Source: Methanocaldococcus sp. 16A (GTDB lineage: Archaea > AGJL01 > Methanococci > Methanococcales > Methanocaldococcaceae). From it: DNA of 64,000 nucleotides. The notes beneath the pieces were generated by a model, which saw only the letters and a list, made by a program, of their open reading frames with translations, did not search any database and had not been told where the DNA came from. The stretch lies in assembly GCA_049860595.1 (NCBI GenBank), contig CP187551.1; one strand, written 5' to 3'. Both the position numbers and the translations under genes were made by a program. Positions 46,771 through 57,132 of the stretch are shown here, in pieces (position 1 is the stretch's first letter; every line of letters starts with the position of its first letter).

Positions 46771-46893
46771 ATGAATCTTGGAGCAATAGCAATGTTTATA
46801 TTTGGTGCGGTAATTTTATGGGGAGGAGCAATTTATTTCTTATGGAGGTCTATGAAAAGTAAAAATAACATGAAAGAGGAAGAAACAAAGTAA
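46771..46893 (+). CDS. MetS-like NSS transporter small subunit (40 aa)
   Basis: MNLGAIAMFIFGAVILWGGAIYFLWRSMKSK..., SD-like GAGGGA, directly downstream of the NSS gene. Confidence 0.8.
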   Translation: MNLGAIAMFIFGAVILWGGAIYFLWRSMKSKNNMKEEETK

Positions 46894-46901
46894 TCATTTA
46901 T

Positions 46902-47303
46902 TTATACCATTCCAAAAACTTCAAAATATTTTTTCTGCCTAACAACCATTACTGGAATGTTGTTTTCTATTAATTTTTCTTTAAGTTCTTTATCATTTGT
47001 TGCTACAATGACATTTTCGTTTTCTTTTGCATAATTTAATATTGCTTCATCTGCATAACCTTCATGGTTAATTAATTTATAGTTTTTTATTTTTGCAAGA
47101 GCTAAATTAATTGCTAATTTTTCCTTACCTTTTAAATCTCCGCTTCTTAATAACTTCTCCAACTCTTCCTTTACAGGAGAGAGAATAACAATTTCAAATT
47201 TTGAATTTATAGCTCTTTCTATTTCATAATCAAAGTTTATCTTATGCTTAAAAACATAAATTAAAAAGTTAGTATCAGGAACTATTTTGTATATGGCTAT
47301 CAC
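46902..47303 (-). CDS. PIN-domain protein (Fcf1/VapC-like)
   Basis: VPDTNFL, EL, ADEAIL, VATNDKELK. Confidence 0.88.
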   Translation of the reverse strand: MIAIYKIVPDTNFLIYVFKHKINFDYEIERAINSKFEIVILSPVKEELEKLLRSGDLKGKEKLAINLALAKIKNYKLINHEGYADEAILNYAKENENVIVATNDKELKEKLIENNIPVMVVRQKKYFEVFGMV

Positions 47304-47319
47304 CCGAAATAATTATTCT

Positions 47320-47412
47320 AATAGAACTTTTGCAGGAAAAATTTTTTGATTGAATATAGACCTTTAGGTGTCAAAGCTCCTTATTTAATATATAAACTGC
47401 GAAAGTCCTATT
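47320..47412. repeat. MJRE-like element, copy 7
   Basis: AATAGAACTTTTGCAG ... CTGCGAAAGTCCTATT, central ACCTTTAGGT. Confidence 0.85.
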
Positions 47413-47421
47413 CTAAGAATT

Positions 47422-50400
47422 TTAGGATTCATTAACCTTAACCTTTGAAATTCCACTTTCTTTTGTTACGTTGATTATAGTGTCTGCAACATCTTCAAGT
47501 TCTCTATGGTGGGTTATAATTATCATCTGTGGAATGCTTTTAACTTTTCTAAATATTTCAGCTAACTTAGCTCTTCTATTTTCATCTAAATATACTGTTG
47601 GTTCATCTAAGATAATACAGTCAATTTTACTCCCAATTAAAGCGTTAGCTATAGCCAATCTTAAAGAGAGAGCAACAGCTATCTGTTCTCCTCCACTTAA
47701 ATTATCTATAGTTAAAATGCCGTTTGGTGAATGAACCTTTATCTCAAAATCTTCAGTAAGTTCTACAAAGCTATATGGTAAATCAAACTCGTTAAATGCT
47801 TCATTTAAATATTTCTGGATTAATGGAACATATTTCTTCCTAAGATACTTTTGAAATCCATCTCTACTAAACACACTTCTAACTTTATTTAAATAGTTAA
47901 TGAACTTTATTAATTTCTCTTTTTCTTTTTCCAACTCATATAATTCCTTTAATTTTTTGTTTATATTTTCAATATCGTCTTTTAAATATTTTATTTGAGA
48001 TTCTATTTTTCCCATTTCTATTTCAGCATTTTTAAGTTCATTCTGCTTTTTTTCAAACTCTTTCTCTATTTCTATATATTTTTCATCAGAATAATTTATC
48101 TCATTGAGTTTTTGATTTATATAGTTAATTCTCTCTTCTATGTCTTTAATTTTTTCATTAACTTCTAAAATTTTATTGTTTAAGTAATTTTCAATATCTT
48201 CTTCTCCATATCTTTTTTTGATGTTGTTTAAAGTAATTTCTGCTGAATTGCATCTCTTATATATATCCTCAAGCTCATACGCTCTCTTTTTATAGCTCTC
48301 TAATTTTTCATTTAGTGATAAATATTCCTTATACATTCCTAACTTTAATAACATTTTATTTTCAATTTCTTTGAATTCATTTTCTTTCTTTTTAAGCTCT
48401 ATAATTTTATCTTTTAAATAAGACACTTCTTTTTCTTTTTCTCTTAGTTTTTTTAGTTCTTCTCTGCATTTTTCTTTATTCCATCCTTTAACTATCTCTT
48501 TAATGTTTTCAATTCTCTCTTTAAGATTTTCTTCATTAACACTATTCAAATATTTCATTGCAGACACATACTCGTTATATTTATCTTTAATTTCATTTAA
48601 TTTGGATTTAGCTTCCTCTAACAATTCATTTATTGATTTTCCATTGATAACATAGATGGACAGCTGATTTTCAACATCTTTTAGCTCTTTTTCAAGCTCA
48701 TCCAATTTTAACTTTAAACTTTCCAAATTCTTTTGTCTTTCATAGTATTTAGTTTCAAGCTCTCTAAGCTTTTTCTCTTTACCAATTTCATTATTTATTT
48801 TGTTTATTTCATTCTCAATTTCAATAATTTTTCTTTTTATTTCTTCTAATTCATTGTATTTATTATTTAATTGAGCTTTATGGGAATATATTAAATCCTG
48901 CTTTTTATTCTCGTCTATTGGTGTTTTACACAATGGACATTTTCCTTCAACATCTTTAAGCTCTTCTAAAACTTTATTTATATTTTTAATTTCATTATTA
49001 ATTTCACCAATTTTTTGTTTCAACTCTTCTTTTTGTTTTTGTAATTGAACAAGTTCATCTTTCTTTTTCTCAATATCTTCTAATGATTTTTTGATTTCTT
49101 CAATATTCATAGCATTTAACTCAATCTCAATTTTTTCAATTTCATAGGAAATATTTTTTATATTATCTTCTAATGATTTTTTATTTTGCATTAATTTAGT
49201 GCATTCTAAGTTTAATTTGCTATATTCGTCTATTTTCTTCTCCAATTCTAAGTATTTCTCATAGTATTCTTTATATTCATTAGCAACTTTTTTATATTTC
49301 TCAATCTCATCAAGCTTTTCATGTAGATTTTCAAGCTCTCCAAGTAGTTCCATAATATTCTCAATTTTCTCAATATTTCCTTTAATATTCTCTAAAATCT
49401 CATCTAATTTATCAATCTTATCTTTATATTTACTTTTATTAATATATTCTTTTAAATTTTTAATATCCTCTTCAATAGTTTCTAATCTCTTAGACAACTT
49501 TAAGTATTCTTCATAAGTTGGTTGTAAATCTCTTAATCTTCTCTCAATTATTCTAATTTCATCAATTAAGGATTTATATTCTTCATATTCATTTTTATAC
49601 GCTTTTAAGATATCTTTTACTTTTAAAACTTCATTTAAATCATATTTTAAGTTTTCAAGTTCATTAGTGGCGAGTTCTAAAGCTTTGTTTCTTTCTTCAA
49701 GTTTAGTTATTAATTTTTCATACAAGGATTTTTTATTTTTCCAATCTTCAAAATTCTTTTTAGCAGTTTCAAATTCATCCCTACTTTTATCTATCCTACT
49801 TTTGATTATTTCAAGCTCTTTTTCTTTTTCAGATAACTCATTTTCTTTATTTTTTAATTCATTCTCATAATTTTTTTTCTGATTTAGATTACCTTCAATT
49901 TCTCTTAACTGTTTTTCATACTCACTAATAACATCTTTCATTTTTTGGTAGCATTTTTCTAAATCATCAATTCCCAAAAGCTTTCCAATAACTTCTTTTC
50001 TTTCAGATGGCTGTAAATTTAAAAGATTCGCTATTTCTCCCTGCTTAATATATATGGAATTTAAAAATATGTCCTTATCTATTCCCAAAATATCAGAAAT
50101 TGCTTTATTAACCTCACTAACTGTTCTTGCATATAAAGTTCCGTTTTTATATAATTTAGCTGAACTTCTTCCGTTGTATTCTCTAATAATTTTATAGTTA
50201 TTTCCATTAACTTTAAAATCAAGTTCTACTGTCATTGCTTTTCTATTTTTAGTTATAACTGCATCATAACTTAATCCCATTTTCTTTAAAGCATCAGCCC
50301 CAAATAAAGCAAAAAACATAGCCTCAAATATTGATGACTTTCCACTACCGTTTTCTCCAATAATAGCAATAATTCCTTCATTAAAGTCTATTTTTGTATT

Positions 50401-50451
50401 AACATGGCTTTTAAAGTTGTTCATTTTTATACTATTTATTATCATAAACAT
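47422..50451 (-). CDS. rad50: DNA double-strand break repair ATPase Rad50
   Basis: GENGSGKSS, coiled coil, CPLC zinc hook, LSGGE, LDEPT. Confidence 0.96.
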   Translation of the reverse strand: MFMIINSIKMNNFKSHVNTKIDFNEGIIAIIGENGSGKSSIFEAMFFALFGADALKKMGLSYDAVITKNRKAMTVELDFKVNGNNYKIIREYNGRSSAKLYKNGTLYARTVSEVNKAISDILGIDKDIFLNSIYIKQGEIANLLNLQPSERKEVIGKLLGIDDLEKCYQKMKDVISEYEKQLREIEGNLNQKKNYENELKNKENELSEKEKELEIIKSRIDKSRDEFETAKKNFEDWKNKKSLYEKLITKLEERNKALELATNELENLKYDLNEVLKVKDILKAYKNEYEEYKSLIDEIRIIERRLRDLQPTYEEYLKLSKRLETIEEDIKNLKEYINKSKYKDKIDKLDEILENIKGNIEKIENIMELLGELENLHEKLDEIEKYKKVANEYKEYYEKYLELEKKIDEYSKLNLECTKLMQNKKSLEDNIKNISYEIEKIEIELNAMNIEEIKKSLEDIEKKKDELVQLQKQKEELKQKIGEINNEIKNINKVLEELKDVEGKCPLCKTPIDENKKQDLIYSHKAQLNNKYNELEEIKRKIIEIENEINKINNEIGKEKKLRELETKYYERQKNLESLKLKLDELEKELKDVENQLSIYVINGKSINELLEEAKSKLNEIKDKYNEYVSAMKYLNSVNEENLKERIENIKEIVKGWNKEKCREELKKLREKEKEVSYLKDKIIELKKKENEFKEIENKMLLKLGMYKEYLSLNEKLESYKKRAYELEDIYKRCNSAEITLNNIKKRYGEEDIENYLNNKILEVNEKIKDIEERINYINQKLNEINYSDEKYIEIEKEFEKKQNELKNAEIEMGKIESQIKYLKDDIENINKKLKELYELEKEKEKLIKFINYLNKVRSVFSRDGFQKYLRKKYVPLIQKYLNEAFNEFDLPYSFVELTEDFEIKVHSPNGILTIDNLSGGEQIAVALSLRLAIANALIGSKIDCIILDEPTVYLDENRRAKLAEIFRKVKSIPQMIIITHHRELEDVADTIINVTKESGISKVKVNES

Positions 50452-50460
50452 CCCCTAAAT

Positions 50461-51570
50461 TTAGAGTTTATTTGCATTAAAAAATTTTTTGTAATAGTTA
50501 TCTAATAGTTCTTTCCAATCTTCATTATTAACAAGAGATTTATACAAATTTAAAACCAAATCTCCATCAAGATTTTGTTTTTTAGCATAATCCAACAAAA
50601 GTTCTTTAATATTTATGGATTCAATGTCAATATCTTCTGAAATATCAATTAGTTCATCATCCACTACAACAACTTTATTAACTAAAATTTTTTCTTTTAA
50701 AGTCTCAAACCATGGTTTAAATTCTCTTTTAATCTTTCCAAAAACAATTGGTTTATTTTTGCATTTGTTTATCTTTTCTATAGCATCACTAAGAGTTTTT
50801 TGGTCTCTAATATTCACTTCTATAAATTCTCTACACTCAATATTAATTTTTTCAATATCATTAATGTCTAAAGAATTTTTACTAAAATCAACTAAATAAA
50901 AACCTTTTCCATTCTTTTTGTAATCTTCATACTCATTTCTATAAATAATTTCTGTTGAACCACCATAAGATAAAATTCCATCATTAAATCTCTCTAAAAT
51001 CCTATTATGTATATGCCCAAACGCATAGTAAGAAAATTTTGGTAAATCAAAATGCTCTAACTCATAATCAAATGGAATATATGGATTAATTCCCTGATGA
51101 AGCATCAATATTTTCTTTTTATATTTGTTAGATTCAACTTCAAATTTTTTTAATTTCTCTACTAATTCCTCTCTTTTGCTCTTTCTGTGATAGTATGTTC
51201 CACAGATAAATATCTCCTCTCCATTTACATTTATGACATCATAACCATTTAATATTTTAACATAGTCCTTTAATAAAGCTAATGGTGATTCTCTTCCCAA
51301 TCTTTTAGGCATTTCATGGTTTCCCCCAATAATATAAACTTTTATATTTTTCTCATGCAATTTTTTAAATGCCTGCATGGCTATTCTTAAAGCCTTTATT
51401 GGAGGCCTTAAATCATTAAATAAATCCCCACTATGCAAAACAACGTCTGGCTTTATTTCTAAAATTTCTTTTATACATGAAATAAATGAGTTGTATATGT
51501 CTTCCTCTCTTTCATCTAAATTATACTGTCTATAACCTAAGTGATTATCAGCTATATGAACAAACTGCAT
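50461..51570 (-). CDS. mre11: DNA double-strand break repair nuclease Mre11
   Basis: ADNHLG, SGDLF, GGNHE, GHIH; upstream of rad50. Confidence 0.95.
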   Translation of the reverse strand: MQFVHIADNHLGYRQYNLDEREEDIYNSFISCIKEILEIKPDVVLHSGDLFNDLRPPIKALRIAMQAFKKLHEKNIKVYIIGGNHEMPKRLGRESPLALLKDYVKILNGYDVINVNGEEIFICGTYYHRKSKREELVEKLKKFEVESNKYKKKILMLHQGINPYIPFDYELEHFDLPKFSYYAFGHIHNRILERFNDGILSYGGSTEIIYRNEYEDYKKNGKGFYLVDFSKNSLDINDIEKINIECREFIEVNIRDQKTLSDAIEKINKCKNKPIVFGKIKREFKPWFETLKEKILVNKVVVVDDELIDISEDIDIESINIKELLLDYAKKQNLDGDLVLNLYKSLVNNEDWKELLDNYYKKFFNANKL

Positions 51571-51609
51571 TACCTCACCTCATTTATAAAGTTTAGTTTA
51601 TAGGACTTC

Positions 51610-52304
51610 GAGACTGTCAAGATAAAGATTAAATAAATATGTGTAAATAAAGGAAGATATGAAACTTACGATAGAAATGTTAAAGGAAGGGATTAAGAAG
51701 ATAGTTAAAAGGAATAAGAAGTCGATAGAGATTAAAATTTTAGCTGGAATTTTGTATTATTTAGGATTATCGTTAAGAAAGGTTAGTTTGTTTCTTTCTC
51801 AATTTGAAAGTATAAGTCATGAATCGGTTAGAACATATTATCACAAGATTAAGGAGATTTTAAACGAGCCTGAAAGAAAGACAAGAAACCTAATAGCAAT
51901 CGATGAAACTAAACTAAAGATTGGAAATGAAACTATTTATGTATGGTCTGCTATCGATGTGGGTTCTAAAGAATGTTTAGGTATCTATGTCTCTAAAACA
52001 AGATGCTACCTCGATACAATCTTATTCGTAAAAAATATATTAAAATTTTGCTCGAATAAACCAAAGATTTTAGTCGATGGTGGCAAATGGTATCCGTGGG
52101 CACTGCAAAGATTAGGACTAAAATTCGAAAGAGTTCGATTCGGTTTAAGAAATTGTGTCGAAAGTTTCTTTTCCCTACTCAAACGAAGAACTAAATCTTT
52201 CTATAATCGATTCCCAAGTAATACTAAATTCTCAACCGTCATTAGCTGGCTCGTATCTTTCTCCTCTTTCTATAACTTCTTTCTCTCCTTATCTTGACAT
52301 CGTC
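51610..52304 (+). mobile_element. IS6-family insertion sequence (695 bp) with 9-bp target duplication TAGGACTTC
   Basis: TIRs GAGACTGTCAAGATAAAG / CCTTATCTTGACATCGTC; direct repeats at 51601-51609 and 52305-52313. Confidence 0.9.
51659..52297 (+). CDS. IS6-family DDE transposase
   Basis: [30 protein letters not shown]; stop codon inside the right TIR. Confidence 0.92.
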   Translation: MKLTIEMLKEGIKKIVKRNKKSIEIKILAGILYYLGLSLRKVSLFLSQFESISHESVRTYYHKIKEILNEPERKTRNLIAIDETKLKIGNETIYVWSAIDVGSKECLGIYVSKTRCYLDTILFVKNILKFCSNKPKILVDGGKWYPWALQRLGLKFERVRFGLRNCVESFFSLLKRRTKSFYNRFPSNTKFSTVISWLVSFSSFYNFFLSLS

Positions 52305-52478
52305 TAGGACTTCTAAAGGAATAAAAATCCATGAGGAAAGTTGATGCCTTTGAAAATCTAAATATCTTAACAAATATATAAGTGCGAAATTCCTATAATA
52401 GCAATATAAATTATTTTAGCATAAAATTTAAATATGTTAAATTTGCTTTAACAGTTTTTGATATCAATGGTGGTAATT

Positions 52479-53183
52479 ATGAGAGTTATAGGAGTTATAG
52501 GCTATAAGGATTCTGGTAAAACTACACTAATTGAAGAAATTTTAAAACAATCTGATAAAAAAATAGCTGTTATTAAACATGCAGGAGAAGATATAGAAGT
52601 AGATAGAGAAAAAACTGACACTTACAGACTATCAAATGCAGGGGCTAAAGTAACTGTTTTATCAACTGACAGCAAAACAGTATTTTTTACAGGTAAGATG
52701 GATTTAGAGAATATTTTAGCAGAGTTATCAGATTATGATATAGATTTTGTTATCATAGAAGGTTTTAAAGAAGCTTTAAAAAGATTAAATATTCCTAAGA
52801 TAGTTATGCTTAAAGATAAAGAGGGTAGTGAGCTAATTGATGAACATACAGCAATGGTAATTGAAGATTACAACTACAACATTGATGATGTTTTAAAGAT
52901 TATTTATGAAAAAGCTACAATCCCCACAATGAACTTAAACTGTAAACACTGCGGGTATAATTGTAAAACATTTGTTAAGGCAGTTGTTAAGGGAGAGGCT
53001 AAGTGGGATGATTGTGTATTAGCGAAAGGTATAAAAATAATTGTTGATGGTAAAATAATCCCGGCTGTTCCTTTTGTATCTAAGATTGTTGGTAACACAA
53101 TTAAAGCAATGGTTGAGTCATTAAAAGGTGTTGATAATCCAAAGACCATTAAGGTTGTGATTGACATTTCTAAGATAAAATAA
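52479..53183 (+). CDS. mobB: molybdopterin-guanine dinucleotide biosynthesis protein MobB with Fe-S domain
   Basis: GYKDSGKTT, VIKH, IIEGFK, CKHCGYNC..C. Confidence 0.9.
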   Translation: MRVIGVIGYKDSGKTTLIEEILKQSDKKIAVIKHAGEDIEVDREKTDTYRLSNAGAKVTVLSTDSKTVFFTGKMDLENILAELSDYDIDFVIIEGFKEALKRLNIPKIVMLKDKEGSELIDEHTAMVIEDYNYNIDDVLKIIYEKATIPTMNLNCKHCGYNCKTFVKAVVKGEAKWDDCVLAKGIKIIVDGKIIPAVPFVSKIVGNTIKAMVESLKGVDNPKTIKVVIDISKIK

Positions 53184-53334
53184 ACAAAACCAAAATATTT
53201 AAATACTAGTAGTGTATTATAGTAAAGTTGGTTACAATTTAAACATCAATATGAAGGAATATAAATTCCGCTGTATCTATAAATATTTTGTGATATATAA
53301 ATAAAAATATAAAAATATGCAGGTGAGGGATATC

Positions 53335-53604
53335 ATGGAGAAATACGAAAAAGCAGCAGAGATATTTAAGGCATTTGGAGACCCAACAAGATTAATGATT
53401 TTAAAGCTATTAGCTGAGAATGGAAGCATGTGTGTTTGTAAGATAATAGATGAATTAAAAAAGCCACAACCAACAATCTCACACCATTTAAACATTTTAA
53501 AGAAAGCTGGAATTGTTAAAGCAAGAAAAGAAGGAACATGGAACTTTTACTACATAGTTGATGATAGAGTTAAGGAAATTATCAAGTTAGTTGACGAATT
53601 ATAA
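53335..53604 (+). CDS. ArsR/SmtB family regulator
   Basis: FKAFGDPTRL, CVC, ISHHLNILKKAG. Confidence 0.92.
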   Translation: MEKYEKAAEIFKAFGDPTRLMILKLLAENGSMCVCKIIDELKKPQPTISHHLNILKKAGIVKARKEGTWNFYYIVDDRVKEIIKLVDEL

Positions 53605-53808
53605 ATTTCTCTTTTAAAATTTAAATTGAAGTGTTTTATTTTTTCTTTTTTAACTTTAAAAAATATTTATATCTTTTTTAGATTAATATTATAAATCCTT
53701 AGAAGCTTATATTGTAATTCTAATTAATGATATCAATTGCAATAATATTTAAATTTTATTTTAAATTTATAATTAATAACGAATTATTTTCATAATTAAG
53801 GTGAAATT

Positions 53809-54912
53809 ATGGGAATTGAAGAGGAAATTAGAAGAATAGAAGAGGAATTAAAAAAAACACCCTATAACAAAGCTACACAGAAACACATTGGTAGGTTGAA
53901 AGCTAAGTTGGCTAAATTGAGAGAGCAAGCACAAAGTAGAGGGGGAGGTGGAGGAGGTAAGGGATATGCTGTAAAGAAGAGTGGAGATGCTACTGCAGCT
54001 TTTGTAGGATTTCCATCTGTTGGAAAATCAACCTTGCTAAATAAATTAACAAATGCTAAATCAGAAGTCGGAGCTTATGCATTCACAACACTAACAATTG
54101 TTCCAGGAGTTTTAGAACATAAGGGAGCTAAAATTCAGCTTTTAGATGCGCCGGGAATTATTGTTGGAGCCTCATCAGGAAAAGGTAGAGGGACTGAGGT
54201 TTTATCTGCAGTAAGAAGTGCTGATTTAATTCTATTGACGGTTGATATTTACACCTTAGAACATCTTCCAGTTATTGAAAAAGAGCTTTACAATGTAGGA
54301 ATTAGATTAGACCAAAGACCGCCAGATGTTAAAATTAAAGTTAAAGATAGAGGAGGGATTGATGTTAGCTCAACCGTTCCATTAACACATATAGACGAAG
54401 ATACGATTGAAGCAATCTTAAATGAATATAGAATACATAATGCAGATGTTGTTATAAGGGAGGATATAACATTAGAACAATTTATTGATGTTGTAGCAGG
54501 GAATAGAGTTTATATCCCGTCTTTAGTAGTTGTAAATAAGATAGACTTAGCAGATGAGGAATATCTAAAATATATAAAACAAAAATTAGAGGAATTTGGT
54601 AAAGAGTATGTTTTAGTTTCAGGAAATAAAAATATTAATTTAGATTTATTGAAAGATAAAATCTATGAAAAGTTAGGATTTATAAAGATTTATTTAAAAC
54701 CACAAGGAAAAAAGCCAGATTTCGATGAACCACTGATTATGAGAAAGGGGGCTACTGTAAAGGATGTTTGTGAGAAGTTGCATAAAGATTTTGTTAGGAA
54801 TTTTAGATATGCTCAAGTATGGGGAAAGTCTGCAAAACATCCTGGGCAGAGAGTTGGATTAGACCATAAATTAGAGGACGAGGATATTTTAACAATTGTT
54901 ATAATAAAATAA
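53809..54912 (+). CDS. DRG/OBG-family GTP-binding protein
   Basis: NKATQKHIGRLKAK, GFPSVGKST, YAFTT, NKID, TGS domain. Confidence 0.93.
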   Translation: MGIEEEIRRIEEELKKTPYNKATQKHIGRLKAKLAKLREQAQSRGGGGGGKGYAVKKSGDATAAFVGFPSVGKSTLLNKLTNAKSEVGAYAFTTLTIVPGVLEHKGAKIQLLDAPGIIVGASSGKGRGTEVLSAVRSADLILLTVDIYTLEHLPVIEKELYNVGIRLDQRPPDVKIKVKDRGGIDVSSTVPLTHIDEDTIEAILNEYRIHNADVVIREDITLEQFIDVVAGNRVYIPSLVVVNKIDLADEEYLKYIKQKLEEFGKEYVLVSGNKNINLDLLKDKIYEKLGFIKIYLKPQGKKPDFDEPLIMRKGATVKDVCEKLHKDFVRNFRYAQVWGKSAKHPGQRVGLDHKLEDEDILTIVIIK

Positions 54913-55008
54913 TTATCGAAATAATAAAAAATAGAGAGAATATCAATAAAGAAAGCAGAACACTCTATAGAATAAGAGGCAGAGACCTATGGTTTGGGAG
55001 ATGAAAGT

Positions 55009-55893
55009 ATGGAGATTGAAGGCTATGAAAAAATTATAGAGGCGGGAAAAATAGCTTCTAAGGTTAGAGAAGAAGCAACAAAACTAATAAAACCAGGAGT
55101 TAAGTTATTAGAAGTTGCTGAATTTGTTGAAAATAGAATTAGAGAGTTAGGAGGAGAACCTGCTTTTCCATGCAACATATCAATTAATGAGATAGCTGCC
55201 CATTATACACCAAAATTGAATGATAACTTAGAGTTTAAAGAGGAAGATGTTGTTAAATTGGATTTAGGAGTTCATGTAGATGGATATATTGCAGATACAG
55301 CAATAACAGTAGATTTATCAAACTCTTATAAAGATTTGGTAAAAGCTTCTGAAGATGCATTAAACACAGTTATTAAAGAGATAAATCCACCAATGAACAT
55401 TGGAGAGATGGGAAGAATTATTCAAGAGGTTATTGAAAGTTATGGCTATAAACCAATTTCCAATCTCTCTGGACATGTAATGTATAGATATGAGTTGCAT
55501 ACAGGAATAAGCATACCAAACGTTTATGAACGAACAAATCAATATATTGATGTTGGAGATTTAGTGGCTATAGAACCATTTGCAACAGATGGATTTGGTA
55601 TGGTTAAAGATGGAAATCTTGGGAATATTTATAAGTTCTTAGCTAAGAGACCTATTAGATTGCCACAAGCAAGAAAACTTTTAGATGTTATATCAAAAAA
55701 CTATGCCTATTTACCATTTGCTGAGAGATGGGTTTTAAAAAGTGAGAGTGATAGGTTAGCTTTAAACTCTTTAATAAGAGCATCTTGCATATATGGGTAT
55801 CCAATATTGAAAGAGAGAGAAAATGGTATAGTTAGCCAAGCAGAGCACACAATATTAATAACTGAAAACGGCGTTGAGATAACAACAAAATAG
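55009..55893 (+). CDS. map: methionine aminopeptidase type II
   Basis: [41 protein letters not shown]. Confidence 0.96.
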   Translation: MEIEGYEKIIEAGKIASKVREEATKLIKPGVKLLEVAEFVENRIRELGGEPAFPCNISINEIAAHYTPKLNDNLEFKEEDVVKLDLGVHVDGYIADTAITVDLSNSYKDLVKASEDALNTVIKEINPPMNIGEMGRIIQEVIESYGYKPISNLSGHVMYRYELHTGISIPNVYERTNQYIDVGDLVAIEPFATDGFGMVKDGNLGNIYKFLAKRPIRLPQARKLLDVISKNYAYLPFAERWVLKSESDRLALNSLIRASCIYGYPILKERENGIVSQAEHTILITENGVEITTK

Positions 55894-55907
55894 ATTATGG
55901 TGATAAG

Positions 55908-56474
55908 ATGATTGTTATTTTAGACAATGGAGGACAGTATGTTCATAGAATACACAGAAGTTTAAAATATATTGGAGTTAGCTCAAAAATTATCCCAAAT
56001 ACAACACCATTAGAAGAAATTGAAAGTAATGAAGAGGTTAAAGGGATAATATTAAGTGGAGGTCCAGATATAGAAAAAGCAAAGAGCTGTATAGATGTTG
56101 CTTTAAATGCAAAACTTCCTATTTTAGGGATTTGTTTAGGGCATCAGTTAATTGCATTAGCATATGGTGGAGAAGTTGGGAGGGCTGAAGCTGAAGAATA
56201 TGCATTAACAAAAGTTTATGTTGATAAGGAAAATGATTTGTTCAAAAATGTTCCAAAGGAGTTTAATGCATGGGCTTCACATAAGGATGAAGTTAAAAAA
56301 ATCCCAGAAGGTTTTGAAATTTTAGCTCATTCAGATATATGTAATGTTGAGGCAATGAAGCATAAAACAAAACCAATTTATGGTGTTCAATTCCATCCTG
56401 AAGTGGCACATACAGAATACGGAAGTGAAATTTTGAAAAACTTTTGTAAGGTTTGCGGTTATAATTTTGAATAA
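55908..56474 (+). CDS. guaAA: GMP synthase glutamine amidotransferase subunit A
   Basis: DNGGQY, LSGGP, GICLGHQ, QFHPEV. Confidence 0.95.
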   Translation: MIVILDNGGQYVHRIHRSLKYIGVSSKIIPNTTPLEEIESNEEVKGIILSGGPDIEKAKSCIDVALNAKLPILGICLGHQLIALAYGGEVGRAEAEEYALTKVYVDKENDLFKNVPKEFNAWASHKDEVKKIPEGFEILAHSDICNVEAMKHKTKPIYGVQFHPEVAHTEYGSEILKNFCKVCGYNFE

Positions 56475-56541
56475 TAACAAAATTTATATATGCTGATAAC
56501 AACATATATCTAAATAATTCAAATCTTTTTTGGTGGGATTA

Positions 56542-57108
56542 ATGCCATTATTACTAATTGTTGTTGGTTTAATCATCACATTGATTATTTTAGGTATTGT
56601 AATTTATGTTATCTCAATATATAACAGATTTCAGACATTAAAAAATGGGGCTGAAGCAACATTAGGACAGATAAGAGTAGCTTTAAAAAAGAGATTGGAT
56701 ATGATTAATCAGCTTGTTGAAGCGGTTAAAAGCTATGCAAGTTTTGAGAAGGAGACATTAACAAAAATAACTGAATTAAGAAGTAGTGTTTTAAAGGCAA
56801 ACACAACAGAAGAAATTCAAAATATTGAGAGAGAATCAAGAAATATTTTGGGAAATATTTTAGTTGCTGTTGAAAACTATCCAGAGTTAAAAACATCTGA
56901 GACAGTTAAAGAACTAATGAAAGCTATAAGAGAGATAGAGGATGAGATTGCAAGACATAGATACACATACAACAATATAGTTCAGGAATTTAACACAAAA
57001 ATTGATGTGTTCCCTTCAAATATTGTAGCAAATATATTTGGATTTAGAAAGATGGATTACTTACAGTTTGAAGAAGAAATCTACGAAAGACCTAAAATTA
57101 ACTTTTAA
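56542..57108 (+). CDS. lemA: LemA family protein
   Basis: N-terminal TM, YN..., [22 protein letters not shown]. Confidence 0.92.
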   Translation: MPLLLIVVGLIITLIILGIVIYVISIYNRFQTLKNGAEATLGQIRVALKKRLDMINQLVEAVKSYASFEKETLTKITELRSSVLKANTTEEIQNIERESRNILGNILVAVENYPELKTSETVKELMKAIREIEDEIARHRYTYNNIVQEFNTKIDVFPSNIVANIFGFRKMDYLQFEEEIYERPKINF

Positions 57109-57132
57109 ATTTTTTAATTTTGAGGGATTTTT

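Larger units (their letters stand above)
51599..52396. repeat. MJRE-like element, copy 8, interrupted by IS6 (element = 51599-51609 + 52314-52396)
   Basis: Removing the IS gives TATAGGACTTCTAAAGGAATAAA...GATGCCTTTG...TGCGAAATTCCTATA. Confidence 0.75.

Noticed and set aside
47900-49900. Periodic low-complexity sequence in rad50
   Set aside because: Explained by the K/E-rich coiled coil.
53605-53808. 200-bp very AT-rich intergenic region as origin or ncRNA
   Set aside because: No repeats, ORB-like boxes or GC-rich stems; consistent with a T-rich terminator plus promoter.
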